This document shows, in pieces, positions 40,748 to 47,652 of a DNA stretch of 64,000 nt (its first letter is position 1; each line of letters begins with the position of its first letter). The notes under the pieces were generated by a model, which saw only the letters and a list, made by a program, of their open reading frames with translations, was not told where the DNA came from and ran no database searches. Origin of the DNA: a virus (Duplodnaviria; Caudoviricetes); IMG/VR virus record IMGVR_UViG_3300028549_001457, positions 64,001 to 128,000 of that record. One strand, written 5' to 3'. Position numbers and translations under genes: made by a program.

Positions 40748-41857
40748 ATGCCAGATACCCCCTTTCTACCTAAATTGAGTCCTGCACCTGGGGATCTTAG
40801 TAGCATGCAAGTGCTAACAGAACTCCCTGAACACTATCTATCTAATGCCTCCGCATCAAATTATGTTGCGCTAGGTGTTATGTATACCCTAATGGGTATG
40901 GCTACTCCAGAGGAGCTTGCTTCTGAAGCGTATCTAGATAAAGTTCTAATGGGTGTCTTTACGGCGCTTAATAACAAGACTGCTGAGCTTCAGCTCCCAG
41001 CTTTTGAGCCACCAACTCCTCTAGGTCACCCCATATCTTCAAAACTAGCTTTCCTAGTTGACTCTCAGATATCTCGCAAGAGTGCCGCCTCCGTTTTGCA
41101 GGCAATCGATCTTAAGTTTATCGTTAACTATATATTTGGAAGACGCGCAATACTTTTAGACCATGTGGGCAGTATCAGAGTGGCGGGTATTGTTAATAAA
41201 TCCATTGATTATCTTCGATCTGAGACTGGGAAAGCCTTTCCAAGTTCAACCGAACAAGGTGGAACCTGGAATTATGATGCAATTACCCGTAAAGCTCTAA
41301 CAGATGCAGGAATCACCGATCATTTCTTTGTTGATGAGTTTGTTGGGTGGATGCTTTTAAATAAACTTCAACCAACATCAGCTTGGGTGCGTGGGTGTGA
41401 TGAAACTAAAGGCCATTTAGGGGATAACTTCAAACGGTTTTTACCCAGGTTCATTTCTGATTTTCGCTCCTATGAGCTGCAGAGGCGCGAAATAGGGTCC
41501 TCATCTACAGATGAATCTGGCAACACGGTTGATTTTTTCGACTCGTATTCGGGGTCTGCGTTCCCTGGGTCTGTAGAATCCATGGACGAAGACAAAATTT
41601 CAGATATTAGGACTATTCTATCTAAATTTAGGGAGTTCCTAGTTGCCAACGCCCATAAGTATCACTCTGACGAGAAGTCTCTCGTTAAGATTTTAGACCT
41701 TCTTCTACAGGGTGTTAGGCCTACAGATATTAAATCCCAGTTGGGCCTCAATCCGGGACCCTACAGTGTGCGACATTCCAAAATCTGCTCAGCGGGACAA
41801 GATTTCAAACAGCGTTTCCCGGAGTTTGCATCTGTTATAGAACCTCTATTGGATTAA
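40748..41857 (+). CDS. Second sigma-like / HTH transcription factor with extra N-terminal domain
   Basis: C-terminal half has an acidic spacer (SSTDESGNTVDFFD) and HTH VKILDLLLQGVRPTDIKSQLGL, similar to sigma region 4. AGGAGAGG RBS. Confidence 0.45.
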   Translation: MPDTPFLPKLSPAPGDLSSMQVLTELPEHYLSNASASNYVALGVMYTLMGMATPEELASEAYLDKVLMGVFTALNNKTAELQLPAFEPPTPLGHPISSKLAFLVDSQISRKSAASVLQAIDLKFIVNYIFGRRAILLDHVGSIRVAGIVNKSIDYLRSETGKAFPSSTEQGGTWNYDAITRKALTDAGITDHFFVDEFVGWMLLNKLQPTSAWVRGCDETKGHLGDNFKRFLPRFISDFRSYELQRREIGSSSTDESGNTVDFFDSYSGSAFPGSVESMDEDKISDIRTILSKFREFLVANAHKYHSDEKSLVKILDLLLQGVRPTDIKSQLGLNPGPYSVRHSKICSAGQDFKQRFPEFASVIEPLLD

Positions 41858-41908
41858 CTATACCGTATGGACTCTCTTGTGATCATCGTTTTGTAGGAGC
41901 CTTCGTTT

Positions 41909-42115
41909 ATGGCGTCTGGGAATTCTTCTGTTTTAGTAGCACCCAAGAAGTCTGTTAAAGTTGTTGAACCCATTGTTGAGGATCTCCGTAGGTGTTCGCA
42001 CCCTACCTGTAAGAAATGTAGAAAACACATGTCTTGTAGGCAGCAACCTCTAGCGGATGGTAGATGTGTGTCATTTGAGGAGGGATTAGCGTGGGATCAC
42101 ATTTGCAAGACCTAA
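41909..42115 (+). CDS. Small Cys-rich putative metal-binding protein
   Basis: TAGGAG RBS. CSHPTCKKCRKHMSC...C...C. Confidence 0.55.
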   Translation: MASGNSSVLVAPKKSVKVVEPIVEDLRRCSHPTCKKCRKHMSCRQQPLADGRCVSFEEGLAWDHICKT

Positions 42116-42399
42116 CCCAGGGGCAACAAGTAGCCCTTGCTTACATGTTGATGTTAAGGAACTGTGCTGATGTGTGCTTTTCAGAGGCAGCAAAGCAGGC
42201 TTCACTGAAGGACCCCGAGTTTAGGGCCACACTAGATAATTTAGAGCTTGCTCTTACATATGCCTCTAGTATTTTGACCTCGGAGATATCTTCCAATGAG
42301 TCTTGCAATTCTGCTGATGTATCTATAACTGTTAAGACAATCTCAAAAGCTTTTAATTTGTCTGAAGCTTGTTCGGAACGTATCTTCGAGTTTATTTAA
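42091..42399 (+). CDS. Hypothetical protein
   Basis: 102-aa helical ORF with a GAGGAGG RBS, overlapping the previous gene. Confidence 0.55.
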   Translation: MGSHLQDLTQGQQVALAYMLMLRNCADVCFSEAAKQASLKDPEFRATLDNLELALTYASSILTSEISSNESCNSADVSITVKTISKAFNLSEACSERIFEFI

Positions 42400-42628
42400 T
42401 GAAGGTGGGGGTCCCAGCAGTTAAATCTAATGAAGACTGCATTGTAGTCTACACTGTGGAGACTCTATCAACCTTCTGTCCCATGATTTATTTCCGAGTT
42501 GATGGACCCGAACACAGACTACGCAGATATTTGTAGTTTGCTCATGTGCTCTAGGCTATATTTTTTACGACACGGGTTGGGGTGGCCTAGAGACTCTGAC
42601 TGGGTCCCAAACAACACCATTATTAACC

Positions 42629-42892
42629 TTGAGGTCTAACATTATTTTTGATTCCCACTCCGCTAAATCCGTTCTGTGGTCCATGAAAGGGTTCACGGGG
42701 AAGGGCTCTATCATGAAGATTACTAATGCCGACAGGTCCTACTCACATTACTTTGTGGGCGGTATCCTTGAGGGTAAATTTGTATCTGGCGGTGAAGTAA
42801 CTCCAGAGGTTGCGGGGTGGTTGCTGGTGCATTATCCATTTAGTGAGTCCCCCGATCTCACTTCTAATTATTTGGTTACGTGGGTAATATAG
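42629..42892 (+). CDS. Hypothetical protein (start uncertain; may be the C-terminal part of a fragmented gene)
   Basis: Frame is open from 42503. TTG start without a clear RBS. Confidence 0.35.
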   Translation: MRSNIIFDSHSAKSVLWSMKGFTGKGSIMKITNADRSYSHYFVGGILEGKFVSGGEVTPEVAGWLLVHYPFSESPDLTSNYLVTWVI

Positions 42893-42951
42893 TTATGTGT
42901 TTGTTTTGGGTATTATTTACTTCAGGTATTGACCTTTAAGGGGGCTAAATT

Positions 42952-43341
42952 ATGTATAGCATGGATAAGACCCCCTACGGTTTTTCTATTGTTTTAGCAG
43001 GCAGTTTATCCAAGGAAGACCTTGATGCATGGCTGTCAGAGGTGCTTATGCTAATACCATCCTCCCCCATAGGTGTTAAACTCTTAATTGATGCTACTGA
43101 GTTGAAGCTCATACCTAGAGGGTCAAAACGTGGTTATGAAGAAATACTTCGCTATTTTATTGATAATGGCTTGCAAAGATCCTGTGTGCTTTACTCAACA
43201 GCATCTGTTAGGCTTCAACTGGCTAATATATCCTCCACTATTGGGTTCACGGGTGAGCGCTATCTAAATACCTCTAAGGTAGCCTCCTATAAGCGTTTGT
43301 CGCGTGAGTGGCTTGTTTTTGGCAAAGAACCAAACTTATAA
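42952..43341 (+). CDS. STAS/SpoIIAA-like (STAS-SEC14) small protein
   Basis: 129 aa with beta-alpha pattern FSIVLAG.L...D...W...V...KLLIDATEL...GLQRSCVL...ERYL, which I recognise from bacterial STAS/SEC14-like proteins. Confidence 0.55.
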   Translation: MYSMDKTPYGFSIVLAGSLSKEDLDAWLSEVLMLIPSSPIGVKLLIDATELKLIPRGSKRGYEEILRYFIDNGLQRSCVLYSTASVRLQLANISSTIGFTGERYLNTSKVASYKRLSREWLVFGKEPNL

Positions 43342-43349
43342 GGAGAAGT

Positions 43350-43676
43350 ATGCTACGCAGAATCGTATTTCCTGAGGCCCTCTCGATTTCTTCTAACGAA
43401 GTGTATCTAGACAATGAGGTGCTACCCTCCGATAAGAGACTCCATTTAATCACAAGTCACCAGATGGAAGACAAACTCTGTGCGTTTATGTCTGATGCTC
43501 TAGGTGCCTCAGTCGAATGGGATAGTGTTGAGATATCAACCAGCGCAGACCTCTTTAGGAGAGATCTCACTTCAGGGACTCTTACAGGTCGTATTACTGC
43601 ACAGGATGTCTTCGGAGAGCCCTTTTCGGCTCAATATGAGATACCCGTGCGCCAAATTGTTGCTATTGCAGTTTGA
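43350..43676 (+). CDS. Hypothetical protein
   Basis: ATG 43350 follows an AAGGAG RBS (track start 43308). Confidence 0.55.
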   Translation: MLRRIVFPEALSISSNEVYLDNEVLPSDKRLHLITSHQMEDKLCAFMSDALGASVEWDSVEISTSADLFRRDLTSGTLTGRITAQDVFGEPFSAQYEIPVRQIVAIAV

Positions 43677-43706
43677 TTACTTGTATCTAGGATTAGTGAG
43701 GTTCCC

Positions 43707-44567
43707 ATGAATGTTCTGCTAGATTTCTGGAATAAATTTAGAGTAAAGATAATTTTGATAGCCCTTGCTTCTATTGCTGTAATAGGGGTTTCATACTACA
43801 TCTATGACTTAAGGCATAGGAATACCGCCTTAGCTCAGCAGAACTCAACGCTACAGTCTGAATTTGGTAAGCTCGGTGTTAGCTATAGGGCTCAGGGGGC
43901 TGCATTTAAATCCGAAAAAGAGGCTGAGGCTCAGGCACGTAAACTTTTAGGAGATTCTTTTTCGGATGCCATGGCTAAGTCCAATGCTAATATCCGTGTT
44001 TTATACACTGCCGTGGCGGAAGTCAAGGATGAACTAAAAAAACTCCATGAAATTAGAATTGACCCTGATAGTAATGGGGGATTTGCTAACGCAACTTTAG
44101 AGCAACATCGAACGGGACCTAGTTTATCTAAAGTTTCCCTGACATATGATCCTCTAAATATAGACCCTTCTCTTCGTCTAACGGGTTTCTGGACCTCCTA
44201 CAATGAGGAGTTCACAACTACAGTGGGTGAGTGGGTTAAACAGGATAATGGCTACGTGGCTGGCATTAAGATGCGCCGAAAAGTTTCTAAGCCACTTGGT
44301 AATGGTGCATATACCCTTGTTGGTGAAGAAGATCTCCCCCTGGTTAATGGTGTTGCTAGATATAGCCCCATTGCATTTGGGGGGTCCCAGGCTCTTAGTC
44401 CTGTCCCTCGATTTTCTATTTATGGAGGCGGTGGGTGGGATACTGATAGAAAGAAGGCTGTCCCAGTCCTCGGCATGGATTTTAGGGTGACCACTACAAC
44501 CGGAATTGGAGCCGGGATTGCCGGGAATGTTGTTTTTGGCACTGTATCCTATAGATTTGGTAAATAA
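43707..44567 (+). CDS. Membrane-anchored coiled-coil protein with C-terminal amphipathic beta-strands (spanin-like candidate)
   Basis: N-terminal TM (KIILIALASIAVIGVSYYIY), then coiled coil, then RFSIYGGGGWD...VLGMDFRV...GIGAGIAG..VFGTVSYRF. Confidence 0.5.
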   Translation: MNVLLDFWNKFRVKIILIALASIAVIGVSYYIYDLRHRNTALAQQNSTLQSEFGKLGVSYRAQGAAFKSEKEAEAQARKLLGDSFSDAMAKSNANIRVLYTAVAEVKDELKKLHEIRIDPDSNGGFANATLEQHRTGPSLSKVSLTYDPLNIDPSLRLTGFWTSYNEEFTTTVGEWVKQDNGYVAGIKMRRKVSKPLGNGAYTLVGEEDLPLVNGVARYSPIAFGGSQALSPVPRFSIYGGGGWDTDRKKAVPVLGMDFRVTTTTGIGAGIAGNVVFGTVSYRFGK

Positions 44568-44577
44568 TGGAGGCTTC

Positions 44578-44835
44578 ATGGCTGACCTAACGATTAAGAT
44601 TTCAGATATCTCTTCTAAAAAACCCTGCATTAAACTTATTCATACTGATGACTCTGGTATGGATACCCTGGTGGGGGGGCTTTCTCATTTATGTCTTGAG
44701 GTCGATGCGGATACAAATCTTCTTCAAAACTGTCTTGTGCTTGAGTTTGACCCCCTCTTTTCTGATACGTCTAAACTTATTATTGAGGGTCTTTTGAAGG
44801 ACCTTCCTTTTATTCTAATTAAGAAGCCCGAATAG
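44578..44835 (+). CDS. Hypothetical protein
   Basis: ATG 44578 follows GGAGG (track start 44506 overlaps the previous gene). Confidence 0.55.
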   Translation: MADLTIKISDISSKKPCIKLIHTDDSGMDTLVGGLSHLCLEVDADTNLLQNCLVLEFDPLFSDTSKLIIEGLLKDLPFILIKKPE

Positions 44836-44860
44836 CTAGGCTGTATTATTACCTCTTTTA

Positions 44861-44892
44861 GAACAGGGGCAGAAGGCCCCTGTTCCCTTTTT
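44861..44892 (+). terminator. Putative rho-independent terminator
   Basis: GAACAGGGGC-AGAAG-GCCCCTGTTC, then CCTTTTT. Confidence 0.65.
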
Positions 44893-44906
44893 AAGGGGAG
44901 TTATAT

Positions 44907-45401
44907 ATGTGTAGCCTAGAAGAACATATCTACCAAGAACTTAGGGATTCTGTTAAAACAGGGGATCTTTTAGTTTGGGAGGGGACTTCCCTCTTTGCTA
45001 GATTGGTTAGTCTTTTTACTAAATCTAGTTACACCCACGTTGGTCTTGCCTGGGTAGTTGGGGGAAGGGTTCTTATCCTCCAGGCTAACCCTGGAGTCGG
45101 GGTTGAGGTTGCAACTCTTAGTGATAATCTGCCTGTTGTTATATTTAAGAGTCCAACTCCCCTATCTGCAAAAGCTTTAAAGGTAGCTTTAGATCAGCTC
45201 CAGGAGCCCTATTCGTTTATGAACGCCATTCGAGCTGGCTTTGGTCTACGAGTTTCTAATAGAGGCTTCCAGTGTGTCCAGTATGTCCTGAGAGTTTTCA
45301 AAGCTAATAAGCTTAAAATTGATTTGTCCTCCCACACTCCCAAGCAGCTCGTTGAGTTCTTCGAGACCACTCTGCACGTTCAAGGTTTAAAAGTATCTTA
45401 G
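44907..45401 (+). CDS. Permuted papain-like amidase (NlpC/P60, YiiX/YebB-like)
   Basis: KTGDLLVW...SSYTHVGLA (His first) ... FQCVQYV (Cys last), the circularly permuted order. Confidence 0.8.
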   Translation: MCSLEEHIYQELRDSVKTGDLLVWEGTSLFARLVSLFTKSSYTHVGLAWVVGGRVLILQANPGVGVEVATLSDNLPVVIFKSPTPLSAKALKVALDQLQEPYSFMNAIRAGFGLRVSNRGFQCVQYVLRVFKANKLKIDLSSHTPKQLVEFFETTLHVQGLKVS

Positions 45402-45452
45402 ATATTGAATAACATTCAAGCGTATCTTAGGAGGTAGCTCTTTAGAGGTAGC

Positions 45453-46004
45453 TTGATGCTCAGCCCTTCACGAAAAAACCCCCCTGCCCTGGATAAATCC
45501 CCACGGCTTAGGTTTACTTCTAGGTATCCCTTTACCACTTCCTCAGACTTACTGGGAGAGGTTAAGCACCTGGAGAATGAGTTTTTTACACAACCCTGGA
45601 TGGGCGCTAAATTCATTTTAGTGGAAAGCTCTAGGTCCTTTATGTATGTCTTTGAGACTCAGCAAACTCGAGTTTCCGGGCCTGAGGATCTTCAAAGTAT
45701 CGCAGCTATGTACCGAGAGCTTGAAAACAAGTTTAATACAACTATTGCATCTTGCATTATTAATGTGAACGCCATTCCAAAAATGCCCGGTAATGTCGGG
45801 TATATTTTTGGCTATCAAGCTTTATACACCCTAACTCGGCAGGGGAGTTTGTGTGATATTTCTAAGGTATCCTATGATGACTCAAATGGAGCGCCTGAAA
45901 TTATTGAGAGCGAGAGTTCTGCTATGAAAACGGCATGGGAAGAGCGTATAGGTGAGCCTCTTGAGCATTTTATAAAGAGGCTTTTTGTGCCTATTGTAGT
46001 GTGA
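45453..46004 (+). CDS. Hypothetical protein
   Basis: 183-aa ORF with GAGG RBS. No recognised motif. Confidence 0.55.
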   Translation: MMLSPSRKNPPALDKSPRLRFTSRYPFTTSSDLLGEVKHLENEFFTQPWMGAKFILVESSRSFMYVFETQQTRVSGPEDLQSIAAMYRELENKFNTTIASCIINVNAIPKMPGNVGYIFGYQALYTLTRQGSLCDISKVSYDDSNGAPEIIESESSAMKTAWEERIGEPLEHFIKRLFVPIVV

Positions 46005-46041
46005 AGGTGCCTTTCTCTTTTAAAGAGAGGTCAATCAACGA

Positions 46042-46413
46042 ATGAAGAAAATCCTATTGGTAGAAGACAACGTAATGAATCAGGAAGGATTCTTCAGGCT
46101 TTTATCTAAGCGTGGGTATACAGTTGTTGTAGCTACTAGTGGGGAATCTGCAATAACTAAATACAATGAGGATATGCCAGATCTCATTCTCATGGATGTG
46201 AGTCTCCCTGATATGTCCGGTTTTGATGTTACTAGGGTCATACGTTCTCTAGAAGCTAGCGCTTCTAGACCAGCTACCCCTATTATTGCAATTACTGCTC
46301 ATGCAATGGTGCAAGACCGTGTGCATGCAATCGAGGCTGGGTGTACTGACTTTGAGCCAAAACCCATGGAGTTCAAAAGATTATTCCAAAAAATAGCAAA
46401 ATATACCTCCTAA
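46042..46413 (+). CDS. Single-domain response regulator (CheY/DivK-like receiver)
   Basis: LLVEDN, DLILMD52VSLPDMSG, IAITAHA, KP. The acidic pocket, phospho-Asp (codon 46195), Thr and Lys are all present. Confidence 0.92.
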   Translation: MKKILLVEDNVMNQEGFFRLLSKRGYTVVVATSGESAITKYNEDMPDLILMDVSLPDMSGFDVTRVIRSLEASASRPATPIIAITAHAMVQDRVHAIEAGCTDFEPKPMEFKRLFQKIAKYTS

Positions 46414-46458
46414 GTGTATTTCAGATATCGGGGCATCGTATCTTGTTAGGAGGTTTTT

Positions 46459-46914
46459 ATGCTTGAGCGTATCCTGGCGAGGTTGATTAAACCTGGGCAC
46501 CCCAGAGACCTACTTTCGATGATGAAGGTGTGTTCTTCTTTGATGGGTCCCGTGATTGGTTTTTGTATGTGTGTGGCTTATGTAGCTTTGACACGAAATC
46601 TATGGGCATACGTTCCAATGGTGCTTCTAGGTGGTCTGGTTTTAGGTGGGTCACTTGCCCTGAAGCATGAAATTAGGCTACGAAAATCCTACCGATCTGG
46701 CAGAGTAGCACTTCCTCCGCTTCTTGCTGAAGGCGTTGACGCCGCAGAACGTGGTGATGCTGAAAGACTCTATGCTTGTATCCAGGCTAGGGTGGACATT
46801 GTGGCTCTGGATGCACACAGTTTGGCGATATTTGACTGCCTTTTACGTGATACCCTTCATGTGTCCCCTGAACTTAAGGCTGATCTCCTAGCCATTCAGC
46901 AGCGCTCAACCTAG
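46459..46914 (+). CDS. Membrane protein with two predicted TM helices
   Basis: Hydrophobic segments LMGPVIGFCMCVAYVAL and LWAYVPMVLLGGLVLGGSLAL. AGGAGG RBS. Confidence 0.65.
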   Translation: MLERILARLIKPGHPRDLLSMMKVCSSLMGPVIGFCMCVAYVALTRNLWAYVPMVLLGGLVLGGSLALKHEIRLRKSYRSGRVALPPLLAEGVDAAERGDAERLYACIQARVDIVALDAHSLAIFDCLLRDTLHVSPELKADLLAIQQRST

Positions 46915-46941
46915 AACTTCTCTTGAATAGAGGAGGGTTCT

Positions 46942-47625
46942 GTGGCAGATGTCCTAAGTTTAGTTACAAAGTACTGCCCTAATGCTATGACCTTAATAAA
47001 GGACCCGTCTAAAGTTGTCTCAACTTTGACTAAGATAGGTCCCTCTATTCAAACAGCTTTGAGATTAGATCCAAAGTCTGTTCAGGGAACCTCCAATACG
47101 ATTATCACTAAGGCGGCTGCTGTTGCAGCCAGATCTCAGGATACGGCTGCAAAGGCCATTAAGACTGCCACGCAGGATGTTCAAGAGAGGGCCTTGAAAG
47201 TAGCTAAAGATAAAGCTGATGCTATTAAAAAACAAGCTTTAAACGCAGCATCTACCTCCCTAGCTAAAAATGCAGCACCCCTAATGCAGCAGTATTCTGT
47301 TGCAATGGGGTCTGTAAACTCGCTTAAACAATCAGCTTCCGCTATTGTGGAAGCTACAAGTAGCGTGTTTACAGCTCAGAAACTACTTAAACAGATTAAT
47401 TTTAAACAAGCTAACGCATCCCGAGTTAAGGTCCCATCTGGGGAGACTACTTCTATCCAGGGTAAAATTACTGCGATAAAAGATTTAGCGGAATCACAGA
47501 AGGCTACTTTAGACAAGCTTAAACTTCTAAAAAAAGATGCGGATGTAGCGTCTGAAGCCCTTAAGTCTGCTAAGGAAGCTCTAGAAAAAGCCCAAAAATC
47601 CTCAGCATTAATAAACAAGCAATAA
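46942..47625 (+). CDS. Lys/Ala-rich coiled-coil protein
   Basis: GAGGAGG RBS. Long helical K/A/Q-rich stretches. Confidence 0.6.
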   Translation: MADVLSLVTKYCPNAMTLIKDPSKVVSTLTKIGPSIQTALRLDPKSVQGTSNTIITKAAAVAARSQDTAAKAIKTATQDVQERALKVAKDKADAIKKQALNAASTSLAKNAAPLMQQYSVAMGSVNSLKQSASAIVEATSSVFTAQKLLKQINFKQANASRVKVPSGETTSIQGKITAIKDLAESQKATLDKLKLLKKDADVASEALKSAKEALEKAQKSSALINKQ

Positions 47626-47652
47626 ATTTGTGGGACTTGAAATCGTCTTTTT

